A stretch of DNA of 63,055 nucleotides, the filler included, from Saprolegnia diclina VS20 (Eukaryota): assembly GCF_000281045.1 (NCBI RefSeq). It is 8 parts of 3 records of this genome, joined end to end, with 100 filler letters (N's around TTAATTAATTAA, not from the genome) between each part and the next. Parts side by side here need not be neighbours in the genome. Positions count along the whole stretch, not along the records: positions 1 to 10,613 come from NW_008246092.1; positions 10,714 to 21,148 come from NW_008246092.1; 6 more parts are not named here. One strand, 5' to 3'. A program made the position numbers and the translations under genes. Under the pieces are notes generated by a model. It saw only the letters and a list, made by a program, of their open reading frames with translations. It ran no database searches and was not told the origin of the DNA. Below, piece after piece: positions 1 to 11,217 of the stretch; the first letter of the stretch is position 1, and each line of letters opens with the position of its first letter.

Positions 1-1925
1 CGTGTGGCTAGCTGTGCGTTGTATTTCGTGCCATCGGTTCGAGATCTTTGCTGCGTTGTCGATGCAACGATTGGCCAAAGCCTGGCGAATCATCGTTCAC
101 AAGTGTTTGGATTGGCTGATGGCAAACACCAAACAAAGGGTTAGGGGACAAAGACGAGCGAAGATCGTGGCTCGAGTCTGCCGTATATATAGTTTGACGG
201 TTGGGACTGTGGTGTCGTGGCGGCCGTCTTCCACTCACGATATCATCGATCTACGATGCTGATGCTCACAGTGGTACGAGCGACTCGGTCGGTCAGTACC
301 GGTTCCGCTGAGCGGCGATAGACGAGTTCTTTCAGGCACACACGTCCCTGTCCTTCTAGTGTTCCAGCCACGCGCGAAAAATAGAAAAATACTCGTGTAC
401 AGGTGACTCGAAACCTCCAACGCCGGGCGACATACGTTATTGGTTGCTCAGGGAACCGCGGCTTGGATGGCCACAGCACCTGCACTTGATGGCGAATACG
501 AACGCAGTTGACTGGAGATGCACAAGTATCATGTGACCAGGGTGACATCATGCGACGCAATGTAGCGCAGAACTCCTTATTTAGCGCCTTCAAAAGGTTT
601 GTAGCGGACATCATGCGTGTCAAATTGGCGGTTGTGTTCACTGGGCTGTGGCTCTTGTCAATATTTACGGGCATACCGGTACATACCCAGTACCGCAAAC
701 CTCATCATCTGTGCGGGATGGCGACCTCCACCTCGAAGCGTAGTATATTTTTGGGAAATTGAGAACGATGTCAACGATGAATGCGGCGTGGCATGATCGT
801 GCTGAAGCCGTTTGTTGCTGTTGTTGTACCGACGGGACATGCGGAGTATTGTGCAAACGAGACAGACCAATCTTTTTAACGATGAACCCGCTCTCACACA
901 CAAGATGTAAGACATTTCGGCGACCACGCAGCAACTGCAGCTCCCTGTTGTGATAAGCCATGCAGGCGACGCGCGTCATTGACGCCTCAGTTCAAAGCAC
1001 CCAAAATGAATGAGACAAGTTGACGTTCGAGAGATACTTTGATGCATTCCTCTGCACTTTTGCGATTGGAAACTCGAAGTGAATGCGGCTACACATCGTT
1101 TGTATGACAATGAAATTACCACTCGACCTTATTGCCTCGGCGTAAGGAGATCATTGGATGCTTTTGGCAACCTGTTTGTGGATCATACCGGTACAGACTC
1201 AAAGCAAGTGTGTGTTCAGCGCATGCTTCCTCTTCCTTCGCACGGGGAGCTTCCACGGATCTCAATACGAATTTCAAGCGACGGTATAACGGAGTCGGTT
1301 CAGAATGTAGGAATACCGGCAGAAAAGCAAACACAGTACACGACCACGGTAAAGTGAACATTTTGCGACGACAGAACGTAATAAACGCAGCTTGCTCAGT
1401 TGCAGGCACTGGGCATTTATGGGTACTGGGCACTGTTTTGGATAGTCACTGAAACGTTTCGAATTTGGCGTTGAACTTGGTAACGCGATTCGTTTGCCGT
1501 GGTAGGCAGATCACTGGCCACTTCACCAATGTCATCGAAAAACTTCGAAGGACCCATGTGGTATGTATAGCGCTACCAGAAATCTCCATTCGCATCTATC
1601 AGGTCACGTGCCAATGATTGGAGCTCGTAAGCGAAGAAGTGGAGTGCGATGCTTCCTCCGCGCCGCTTGACTCACCCGTTGCATGCCAACAGCCAATCCA
1701 AATCATTCTCAACAGTCATTCGCCAAATCCTGCCCAATCGCTGCGACGTATTCCCGCCAAAGATACCGATCCGTTGAACGCAAGGTCAACGTTCGCCGAG
1801 CGACGAGAAGGATGGACAGCGCTTGCGACCGTTCCTTCTCTTCACACTGCCATCAAGCCTAGCCCTCTCCATCGTACAACAACAGACCACATTGACATCA
1901 CTATTCAATTTGCTCTCCAGCCTGC

Positions 1926-4004
1926 ATGCACTCGCAGCCCGACTTCCACGCGGTCGCCACGCCCAAGCCCAACGAGCCGCTGCACCTCCAGCGTGATGTC
2001 GACGAGGTCGAGACACCGTCCAAGCTCGCCCTTGTGGCGCACTGGACCGCGGGTCTCCTCTTGGCCTTCTCGGTCTTTTCGATCACGGTGATCTCTACGC
2101 CGATGGTGGCGCCGGTCACGACGACGTTCTTGAACCCGCTCTGGAACATCAACCCCAAGGTCAAGAATTCGGGTCGTCCCGAAATGGTCACCGCCTCGTA
2201 CTTCTTCTTTGGCGTGATCCTCCCGGTCGTTGTGGCCTTCTTGCTCGTGCGTCTCGTGAGCAAGGGCGCGTCGTTCCCGGTTCCGGGCCTCTCGCACCTG
2301 CTCAAGCGCAAGCCGCGCATCTTCGGGTCGCTCGTGAGCTACGGCGAGATCCTCTTCTTGCTCGTTGTCGCTGTCGGCAACATCATCTTTTTCTACTACT
2401 ACTACAGCACACGCGTCAAGGCCGGCAGCAAGACCCAGGAGAAGATCAAGCTCGCGGCCAAAGCGCTCGGATATTCGGCCATGTACAACATGGTGTTCCT
2501 CGCGCTGCCCGCGTCGCGCCACTGCTTTTGGATGGAGTGGCTGGGCATTCCGTTTGCGCACGCCGTCAAGTACCACCGCTGGCTCGGTGTCGCGACCATC
2601 CTCTGCGCGACGGTGCACGTGGCCTTCTACATCCAAGTGTATGTGGCCGCCAACGACGCGATGACGCTGCTGCCGTGCTTTGGCTGCGACGTCGCCAAGG
2701 AAGGCAAGATGAACTGGGTCATCACCTTTGGCTGGATCGCGTTCTGGTGCATGCTCGTCATGGGCCTCACGTCGCTCCCGTACGTGCGCCGTCACTACTA
2801 CAAGGTATTTTACGCGACGCACTTTCTCTTCATTCCCGCCACGGCCTTTGCGATCATGCACTACGCCAACATTGCCATCTACCTCTTCGCCACGATCGTG
2901 CTCTACATTGGCAACCGCATGATGTCGTCGGCCACGATTCAGGCGCCAGTCGTTGTCCAGAAGGCGGCCGCGCACCCGCACGACGTGACCGAGCTGACGT
3001 TCGAGTGCGCGACGTCGTACCACGCTGGCGACATCGTCTACCTCAAGGTGCCGTCGGTCTCCAAGACACAGTGGCACCCGTTCAGCGTCGCGTCAACGCC
3101 GCTGCACACACCCGGCTCGCTCACGGTGTACATCAAGTCGCGCGGTCAGTGGTCCGGTCAGGTGCACGAGTACATTCGTCAGTGCACGGCTTCCGGTATC
3201 GACCCCGTCGTGTACATGGATGGCGGCTACGTCTCGCCGGCGCCCGTCTCGGCATCGTACGAAAAGGTGGTCTTCATCGGCGGCGGCATCGGCGTCACCC
3301 CACTGCTCGGCCAGATCATGCACACGCTGCACGCGCAGTCGTGGCAGGACGTCCATTTGGTCTGGCACGTGCGCGATGCGCGCATGATGGCGCAGTTCCA
3401 GCAGTGGTTCCACGAAGCCACGAGTCTCTCGTCGCACTTGCACTTGCATCTGTTTGTGACTGCGACGTCGCCTGCGTCTGAGATTGCGAGCCGCAACCAT
3501 GTGTTTGACCTCAAGAGCTCGACTGTGGCGCCGCGACCGTACGCCAACGTGTCGACGCTGCGCCAAGTGCTCTTGTTTGTCGCTGCGTTCTTTGGCGCTG
3601 GCTCGCTCTTTGTCGCGGTGCACTACAACACCAAGATCACGACCGCCGACCCGTCGTACTGGCCGCTGCAGCGCTTGGTGGAGTTTCTCGCGATCGTCAT
3701 TGGCGCCTACTGGGCCTACGTCGTTGTCTTGGTCAAGCCGTACACGCCGATGCCGGTCGCGCGGTCGCAGGTCGACGAGTATCCCAAGGAGCCGACCATG
3801 TCGACTGACGCATTCGTCGAGCGCTACAACGTGCAGCAGGGTCGCATGGACTGGTCGCGCTTCTTTGCGGGTCTCGCGGACACCACGGCAGCGAGTGCGT
3901 CGATCGGCGTGTTTGTCTCGGGTCCCAAGACGCTCTTGCGCGCGATCGAAGCCGAGACGCACGCGTCGCGCTTTGACCTGCACCACGAAGAGTTTGAATT
4001 GTAG
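1926..4004 (+). CDS. Ferric reductase / FRE-FRO family flavocytochrome (paralog 1, 692 aa, intronless)
   Basis: Multi-TM N-half with heme histidines (KYHRWLG, VHVAFY, THFLF, AIMH), FAD motif QWHPFS, NADPH motif GGGIGVTP, terminal VSGP...HHEEFEL. Confidence 0.93.
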   Translation: MHSQPDFHAVATPKPNEPLHLQRDVDEVETPSKLALVAHWTAGLLLAFSVFSITVISTPMVAPVTTTFLNPLWNINPKVKNSGRPEMVTASYFFFGVILPVVVAFLLVRLVSKGASFPVPGLSHLLKRKPRIFGSLVSYGEILFLLVVAVGNIIFFYYYYSTRVKAGSKTQEKIKLAAKALGYSAMYNMVFLALPASRHCFWMEWLGIPFAHAVKYHRWLGVATILCATVHVAFYIQVYVAANDAMTLLPCFGCDVAKEGKMNWVITFGWIAFWCMLVMGLTSLPYVRRHYYKVFYATHFLFIPATAFAIMHYANIAIYLFATIVLYIGNRMMSSATIQAPVVVQKAAAHPHDVTELTFECATSYHAGDIVYLKVPSVSKTQWHPFSVASTPLHTPGSLTVYIKSRGQWSGQVHEYIRQCTASGIDPVVYMDGGYVSPAPVSASYEKVVFIGGGIGVTPLLGQIMHTLHAQSWQDVHLVWHVRDARMMAQFQQWFHEATSLSSHLHLHLFVTATSPASEIASRNHVFDLKSSTVAPRPYANVSTLRQVLLFVAAFFGAGSLFVAVHYNTKITTADPSYWPLQRLVEFLAIVIGAYWAYVVVLVKPYTPMPVARSQVDEYPKEPTMSTDAFVERYNVQQGRMDWSRFFAGLADTTAASASIGVFVSGPKTLLRAIEAETHASRFDLHHEEFEL

Positions 4005-4385
4005 GCATTGATCTGGCTCGACAGCTTTTGAATCTTTTTGTAATTGTATTTGGAAATTACTAGTGACTTGGTAGTTTGTAGTATGAAACAGAACGGGATC
4101 TTGAGGTGGGTAGCATTCCTGTCGGTTACAAACAGGACGTGCATTGTATTTTGGGTCGTCAAATCTAGTTAAATATGATCAGTGCACTCCGCGTTGGGTG
4201 CATATTGGCCACGTCTCGGACAAGATTTTTTGCCGCCGCTCGGAATGCTACTACTAGCACAGCAGTGTCAAGGTGTACATCGTAAAATGTCGTCAAGCTG
4301 TCTTGGTACAGGTATCCCAGAGCACACACCTTTTGATCAATTTTCACACGTCCACGTTTACGGATCCCGTAAAAGGTGATCTTAT

Positions 4386-6482
4386 TTACATTTCAAATTC
4401 TTCGTGGTGCACGGCAAAACGCGTCGAGTGCGCTTGCGCATCGATCGCACGCGAGAGCGTCTTGGGGCCCGAGACGTAGACACCGATCGTCGGCGTCGTC
4501 CAGCTTGCTGTCTTGCTGTCTCCAAGACCCGCGAAGAAGATGGACCAGTCCATGCGACCTCGCTGCACATGATAGCGCTCAATGAATGCCTCGGTCGTCA
4601 TCGTAGGTTCCTTGGGTATGTCGTCGACCACCGACCCCGCGCTCGGTACAGGCGAGTACGGCTTGATCAAGACCACAAAGTAAGCCCAGTAGGCGCCAAC
4701 AATGATCGCCGCAAACTCCATGAAGCGCTGCAGCGGCCAATATGCTGGATGAATGGTCGAGATCTTGTTGCCGTAATGGACTGCAACGAGGAGCGTACCG
4801 GCGCCGACAAAGGCGCCGACAAACAAGAGCACCTGGCGCAGCGTCGACACGTTGGCAAACGGTCGCGGGGGCACGGTACACGTCTTGAGGTTGAAGACGC
4901 GCTCGGTATCGGTGAAGGCGTCGCTCAACGATGCCGTCGTGACGTAGAGATGGAGGTGGAGGCGCGACGAGAGACTCGAAGCGTCGTGAAACCACTGCTG
5001 GAACTGCACCAGCAAGTTCACATCGCGCACATGCCAGATAAAATGAACGTCCTGCCACGCGTATGCATGCAGAACGTGGAGCGCCCGACCGAGGAGCGGC
5101 GTCGCGCCAATCCCGCCGGCGACGAACACGACCTTGTCGAACGACGACGGCACCGGCGCTGCCGGGACATACCCGCCGTCCATAAACACCACCGGCGCAA
5201 CACCCGCGACGCTGCACTGGTGTACATATGCGTGCAGCTGGTTGGTCCAATCGCCGCGCGCCTTGATGTACACGGCGAGCGAGCCGGGTGTGTGCAGTGG
5301 CGACGACGCGACGCTAAAGGGGTGCCACTGCGTCGACGAGATGGACGGCACCTTGAGGTAAACGATGTCGCCCGCCGCGTACGAGGTCGCGCACGCAAAG
5401 ACAAACTCGGTCACGCGATGACGATACGCGATAGCATGTTGCACGATGACGGGCGCGGATACCGTGGCCGACGACATCATGCGGTTGCCAATGTAGAGCA
5501 CGATCGAGGTGAAGAGCCAGATGATCATACCGCCCCAGTGCATGACTGCGAAGGCTGTCATGGGAATGAAGAGAAAGTGCGATGCGTAAAAGGTCTTGTA
5601 GTAGTGGCGGCGCACATATGGCGTCGACGTCACGGCCATGACAAGCATACAAAAGAACGACAGCCACGCGAACGTCGCCATCCAATTCCGCATGCCGGTG
5701 GTCGCAAGGTTGCAATCGAAACACGGCACGAGACTCTGGAGGCGGTGCTTGGCCGCATACACTTGAATAAAGAGCACCGTGTGCAGTGCTGTGCAAAGCA
5801 TGGTCGCGATTCCGAGCCAGCGGTGGTACTTGACACCGTGCGGGAATGGAATGCCAAGCCACTCCATCCAAAAGCAGTGGCGCGACGCGGGCAGCGCGAG
5901 GAACACCATATTGTACAACGCCGAGTAGCCCAGCGCCGTGCCAGCGATACCGATCTTGTCTTGGGTCGTACTCGTGGGCTTGACGCGCAGCATGTACGTG
6001 TACGCAAAGAAGATGATGTTGCCGCCGGTGACGAGCAGCAAAAAGAAAGCCTCGCCGTAGCTCACGAGCGATCGAAAGATGCGTGGCTTGCGCTGGAGCA
6101 TGTGCGAGAACAATGGAATCGGAAATGTTGCGCCCTTGGTGACCAAACGCACGAGCAGAAAGGCCGCAAATACCGGAAGAATGATCGCGAAAAAGTGGTA
6201 CGTATAGCTCATCATTTCGGCGTGGCCCGAGCCCTTGACGTTGGGGTCGATTCCCCAGAGCGGGTTGAAGAACGACGTCGTGATCGGACCCGTCATAGAC
6301 GTGTACATCACGGTGAGGGCGAAGAAGGCGTAGACCATGATAGCGCCCACGGCCCAATGCGCCGCGAGCGCGACCTTGTTTTTCCAAGTCGTCGGGGCGG
6401 TCTCGTCGACATCCGAGTTGTTATGGAGCGCTTCATTTGGCTTGGGCGTCGCGATCGCGACGAAGTCGGGGTATGAAGCCAT
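4386..6482 (-). CDS. Ferric reductase family protein (paralog 2, 698 aa), convergent with paralog 1
   Basis: Same motifs: KYHRWLG, SHFLF, QWHPFS, AGGIGATP, HHEEFEM. Confidence 0.93.
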   Translation of the reverse strand: MASYPDFVAIATPKPNEALHNNSDVDETAPTTWKNKVALAAHWAVGAIMVYAFFALTVMYTSMTGPITTSFFNPLWGIDPNVKGSGHAEMMSYTYHFFAIILPVFAAFLLVRLVTKGATFPIPLFSHMLQRKPRIFRSLVSYGEAFFLLLVTGGNIIFFAYTYMLRVKPTSTTQDKIGIAGTALGYSALYNMVFLALPASRHCFWMEWLGIPFPHGVKYHRWLGIATMLCTALHTVLFIQVYAAKHRLQSLVPCFDCNLATTGMRNWMATFAWLSFFCMLVMAVTSTPYVRRHYYKTFYASHFLFIPMTAFAVMHWGGMIIWLFTSIVLYIGNRMMSSATVSAPVIVQHAIAYRHRVTEFVFACATSYAAGDIVYLKVPSISSTQWHPFSVASSPLHTPGSLAVYIKARGDWTNQLHAYVHQCSVAGVAPVVFMDGGYVPAAPVPSSFDKVVFVAGGIGATPLLGRALHVLHAYAWQDVHFIWHVRDVNLLVQFQQWFHDASSLSSRLHLHLYVTTASLSDAFTDTERVFNLKTCTVPPRPFANVSTLRQVLLFVGAFVGAGTLLVAVHYGNKISTIHPAYWPLQRFMEFAAIIVGAYWAYFVVLIKPYSPVPSAGSVVDDIPKEPTMTTEAFIERYHVQRGRMDWSIFFAGLGDSKTASWTTPTIGVYVSGPKTLSRAIDAQAHSTRFAVHHEEFEM

Positions 6483-6521
6483 TCTGCAGAGCCGCGCTGC
6501 ACAACACGAGGCCGAGATGGA

Positions 6522-6540
6522 GGCGAAATGGCAACTGAGC
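6522..6540 (-). promoter_or_regulatory. INR+FPR-like core promoter of paralog 2 (similar element for the ZIP gene at 12172-12189)
   Basis: Minus strand reads GCTCAGTTGCCATTTCGCC about 40 nt before the ATG; the ZIP gene has CCAGATTGCCATTCGCTT about 20 nt before its ATG. Confidence 0.55.
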
Positions 6541-6619
6541 AGTGCGAGGCCACCGTCCTGTTTGTGCTGGTGGTAGAAAAAGCGACCCGTCGCCTATGTT
6601 CGAAAGGATGTCGTGGTGC

Positions 6620-6681
6620 AAAACCACAAAAACTCTGTCGTCCCGGTGGCAAAACCACAAAAAATTCTGTCGTCCCGGTGG
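6620..6681. repeat. Two-copy ~31-nt tandem repeat in the paralog-2 promoter
   Basis: AAAACCACAAAAACTCTGTCGTCCCGGTGGC followed by AAAACCACAAAAAATTCTGTCGTCCCGGTGG. Confidence 0.9.
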
Positions 6682-8991
6682 TGTGGTGTGGAGGCGTCGT
6701 TTTGCAAATCTTGACTACCAATGCGACGCAGGGATTGGTCGAGACGCGTCCAATCGTTGTGTTTCGAGCATCCGATTGGCGGCTGAATTCAACTCACCCT
6801 GGGGTTGGGTAAAAACGGCTGTTTTTGAAACGGTCCTCTGACCACTTGGTCTGATGACTGGCATGTTGGTGGTCACAGTCGGCCGCCTGCAAGAAGATGC
6901 ATGTGTGTAGGGAGCAGACGCTGTAGGTCGTGTGAAGAGCAAATGCAATTGCCGGTCGACAGAATCGAGTTGCCAGCGCGCCAGCGTCGCCCATGTAACG
7001 TCCCTGCCGTGTTGCCCGTTTCTCGCATGTTAACCCTAGCCCTTTGCCGGTTGGGTCTCATCCACTGCTTGATTGGCCGAGGCATGTCCAATCGTCGTCG
7101 TTCAAAGGTATGATTGGTCGATGGCAGATATCACAGCATCCGGTATCGCAGGGAATGGCGAGTTGGAAGCGACGCAGTGTGTGGTACTGATAGAATGAAT
7201 AGCTCGCGGCACAACGACTTTTGGGCAGCAGAACCATCGTGGTGCCGCCACGTTCCAGTCGTGCGAGGCAACTCGAGTGGCGTCGCGCGCCTTTGTGGTG
7301 CCATGACCGCGGTGGTAGCCAACTCGGCTGCCAAATCTAATCAATGTCCTGAGACTTGGCTTAGCCAAACCTCTCTTGGGCATTGACCAACCCACATCAT
7401 CGTACAGTAACAAACAACGCCATTGGGCGTTTCATATTGGGGGTACGCCTGCCACTCGTTCCGGTCGCAAGTGTCCTCCGCGCCATTAGGGACAGCGTGC
7501 ATGCCGGAAAGGACGAAGAGCCTCAAGAATGTGATAGGCTGTTCACGACCTTTTTGATCAGCAGACGAGGCACGATCGATACCGCTCAGTCCAACTACTT
7601 TGGGTGCGTGTCCAGGCTGCAATTGTCGAATCTCCGCCACAGATGTGCGCAAGCCTCGAAAGCTCGCAAGCGATCGGGCCCAGAATCATACGTACTGAAT
7701 GCTTGGCCCCAGCTAATGCTAGCAGCTACGTTGTTTCATGGAAATAACGAGAAGCTGTACCACGAGTTTGTAGTACTCTTGGTGGCACTTAGCATGCATG
7801 TTGCATGTTGGTGGATGCAACGGTACGCGCTCTAACGTGCCTCGAACGAAGGGACACATGGGACTACACGGCTTCGGTCCGACCACGCATGCTGCTTTTT
7901 GCGTACCTGAGATTGCCGGATGCGACGTCGTTTCCCAGCATGGGAATTCATTTCGTCTCGCTTTCCCAGCCCTGTGGGCAGCGTTCAACGTTTTGGACCA
8001 TCCACACGAGTGTGGGCTACGAGTGCGTACGAATAGAGGACGAGTACTGTGGTCCATTGGGTGGCCACGTGCGTTCGTTGTACTGATGCGTTCCAGCCGC
8101 ATCTCTGGATGGGAAGTCTGCATCGTATACGTTATATTTGTTTATATGACTGCTGCCGACGAGGAAGAATATGTCGTCGTGTAAAGCAGCACACGTTGAG
8201 TGCAACAGCAATTGTTGGCACCGTGGGCCGTACACATTCTCGCCGTTGACGTCACGGGCGCCCGCGAGCTGCGATGCATGCTCGACCAACGAATTCGAGG
8301 CTGCGAAGAGACAAGGAAGGCGCTCGTCGAATACTCCTCCCCGAGTACAGCTGAACTACTTGTGAACAGTGCTGATATTATTCTGGTACCATGAAGAGTG
8401 TGAGCTGAAAACCAAAACGCCAAGTGAAAAAGATTGGGCAGAGGCGATGCCGCAACTTGCAGGACGGAATCTTGGCCGATGTTTCAGATAGATAACGCCA
8501 CCATTTACAAATAAGTAGATCCTATCAGCTGTCTCAATGCCACTTCTTCGTGAGCACAGCAGTCTTCACACCGCGATTCGCTGCTTCCAGATACCGATCG
8601 CTTTCGAAATCGAAGCTCCTTGCAGCCAAATAAGACGGCCGTGCACCTGTACATTCTGGGTTTCGCTCAACTATGCAATGCCATGCGGCAATTGTCAACG
8701 TCCCATGTGGCACTTGACGCCAGGGCCAACTTGACTCTCGGCGCGCTCGGGGGCCCGCCATTAGCCAATCCGTGAGAATCTTGATGCTGATTGGTTTATC
8801 TATAACCAATCCGATTTGACCATCATCCAGAAAGATACCGTACCGGAGGCTGCGAGAAATCTCTACCCGCAGGAGCAACGTGAGGCTGTCAAGCAGCTCC
8901 ACTCAAAATACATGCAAGCGCCGGGCCAACAGTTCAGCATCGTCTTCAACAAATCGGCGACTGCCAGGCAAAGCTTGGTGGCATTTGAGAG

Positions 8992-9009
8992 GCTCACATT
9001 TCAATTTGC
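8992..9009 (+). promoter_or_regulatory. Oomycete INR+FPR core promoter of paralog 3 (equivalents at 1898-1913, 15639-15656, 20122-20137)
   Basis: GCTCACATTTCAATTTGC just upstream of the ATG resembles the oomycete consensus GCYCATTYYNCAWTTTNYY; CCAAT boxes lie further upstream. Confidence 0.6.
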
Positions 9010-9021
9010 TTCGTCGCCAGC

Positions 9022-10613
9022 ATGGCCTTCCACGCCATCTCAACGCCAACGCAACATGTGCAGTTGCACGTGGATGCCAAGCCAGCGCCGCCCAAGTTTG
9101 CGCTCGTCCCGCACATCGTCGCGGGGTTGCTCATGCTCTACTCCATCTTTGCCATCACGGTGATCTACACGCCGATGACGGCGCCCATCACGACGTCGTT
9201 CATCAACCCGCTCTGGGACATCAACCCCAAGGTCAAAAACTCTGGCCACTCGGAGATGGTCAACTACACGTACCTCTTCTTCGCCGTGATTTTGCCGCTC
9301 TTTGTCGCCTACTTGATCGTCCGTTTGGCCACTCGAGGCGCGACGTTCCCGGTGCCGGCGCTCTCGCACATGCTCCAGCGCAAGCCGCGCTTCTTGTGGT
9401 CGCTTGTGAGCTACGGCGAGGTCCTCTTCTTGCTTCTCGTCGTCGTCGGCAACGTCGTTTTCTTCTACTACTTTTATAGCCCGCGCATCAAGCCCACGAC
9501 CAAGACGCAGGCCAAGATCGAAACCGCGGCCAAGACGCTCGGCTTCTCGACCTTGTACAACATGGTGTTCCTCGCGCTGCCCGCGTCGCGCCACTGCTTT
9601 TGGATGGAGTGGCTCGGCATTCCGTACGCCCACGGTGTCAAGTACCACCGCTGGCTCGGTATCGTCGTGATCCTCTGCGCGGCCGTGCACACGGCGTTCT
9701 ACGTCCAAGTGTTTATCGCTGACAACGAGTCGCTCATGCTGCTGCCGTGCTTCAACTGCAACGTGGCCAAGGAAGGCAAGATGAACTGGATCAACACATT
9801 TGGCTGGCTCTCGTTCCTGAGCATGTTTGTCATGGGCCTCACGTCGCTCCCGTACGTGCGCCGCCACTACTACAAGGTGTTTTACTACACGCACTTTCTC
9901 TTCATTCCCGCCACGGCCTTTGCGATCATGCACTGGGGCAACATTGCCATCTGGCTCTTCGCCACCATCGTGCTCTACATTGGCAACCGCATGCTCTCGT
10001 CTGCGACCATCCAAGCGCCGGTCGTCATCCAGAAGGCCGCCGCGTACCCGCACGAAGTGACCGAGTTGACCTTCGAGTGTGCTACGTCGTACCAAGCCGG
10101 CGACGTTGTCTACCTCAAGGTGCCGTCGGTCTCCAAGACGCAGTGGCACCCGTTCAGCGTTGCGTCGACGCCGCTGCACACGCCTGGCTCGCTCACGGTG
10201 TACATCAAGACGCTCGGTCAGTGGTCCGGCCAGGTGCACGAGTACATTCGTCAGTGCACGGCTTCCGGTGTCGACCCCGTCGTGTACATGGACGGCGGGT
10301 ACGTCTCGCCCGCACTCGTTCCGGCGTCGTATGAAAAAGTGGTCTTCATCGGCGGCGGCATCGGTGTCACCCCGCTCATGGCCCAGATCATGCACGTCCT
10401 GTACACGGCGCCGTCGCAGGAAGTCCATTTGGTCTGGCACGTGCGCGACCTCCGCATGATGACGCAGTTCCAGCAGTGGTTCCACGAAGCGACGGGTCTC
10501 TCGTCCAACTTGCGCCTCCACCTCTTTGTGACCAAGTCTTCGCCGCCCGCGGAAACGGCGGTCGCCAAGCAAGTGTACGACCTCAAGAGCTCGACTGTGG
10601 CGCCGCGGCCGTA
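9022..10613 (+). CDS. Ferric reductase family protein (paralog 3), 3' end lost in assembly gap
   Basis: Near-identical to 15669..17732 over its length; ORF runs into the N gap at 10614. Confidence 0.9.
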
Positions 10614-10713
10614 NNNNNNNNNNNNNNNNNNNNNNNNNNNNNNNNNNNNNNNNNNNNTTAATTAATTAANNNNNNNNNNNNNNNNNNNNNNNNNNNNNNN
10701 NNNNNNNNNNNNN
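10614..10713. other. Artificial scaffold linker N44-TTAATTAATTAA-N44 (also 21149-21248, 28925-29024, 39881-39980, 57769-57868, 59445-59544, 61105-61204)
   Basis: Identical 12-mer with stops in all six frames centred in seven exactly 100-nt gaps. Confidence 0.95.
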
Positions 10714-11217
10714 CTTATTTCGAACTAATACGAGGTCACCTTGTGCCTAATTTAACCCACCGGATGGTAGCTCAGATGGGATCCAGTGGTTTCCGCAAGG
10801 ATGTATACCCATTTCGCACTGCTTTCGCCAGTCAATAGACGCCACTTTGGTGCAGCCTTGTGCAGTCTAAAGACATGCCTAGGATGAAAACCTGGTGCGC
10901 TGCGCTCACGATCAAGGTTGCTATTGGTACGTACGCGATTGCACGTTTCGCACTTGGTTCGTCGTGCCGTGGTGCCATCGCTTGCGGATTTTCAACGCTC
11001 TCCGCGATGACCCTTGGTGCGCTTCCCCTTACACCCGCACAATCTGACCCCTAACGCTCCTTGCTTGACGCACTAGCCACCCCTCACGAGCACACTGGGA
11101 ACTCCACTTCCTTTATAGAATGACATGTCAACAACTCATTGCAGAAACAGGAACAAGATCTTATTCAATTGGCTTTCAGTTGCACCAGACGTAACGCCAA
11201 TATGGACCGTCGTCGTT

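Larger units (their letters stand above)
8370..10613 (+). repeat. Segmental duplication, partner at ~15035-17260 (promoter plus reductase CDS)
   Basis: Alignable by eye: GCTGTCTCAATGCCAC.TCTTCGTGAGCACAGCA at ~8529 and ~15177; near-identity from GGCATTTGAGAGGCTCAC onward. Confidence 0.85.

Noticed and set aside
1..1500. Short ORFs at the window start
   Set aside because: No consistent frame, codon bias or family motif.
4404..6476. Very long antisense ORFs over the reductases (690 aa, 701 aa), RPB2 (730 aa), DnaJ and others
   Set aside because: They mirror the sense codons in register. GC3-rich usage avoids TTA/CTA/TCA, removing antisense stops, and the products are low-complexity R/V/D/H-rich with no motifs.
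7383..8400. Overlapping short ORFs between reductase paralogs 2 and 3
   Set aside because: No host codon bias or recognisable motif; could be a decayed gene but unsupported.
10658..10669. Recurring palindrome TTAATTAATTAA as a biological repeat
   Set aside because: Always centred in N44..N44; an assembly linker.
10762..10830. tRNA-like GGTAGCTCAGATGG
   Set aside because: A-box-like only; no TpsiC arm (GTTCRA) or acceptor stem pairing at the proper spacing.
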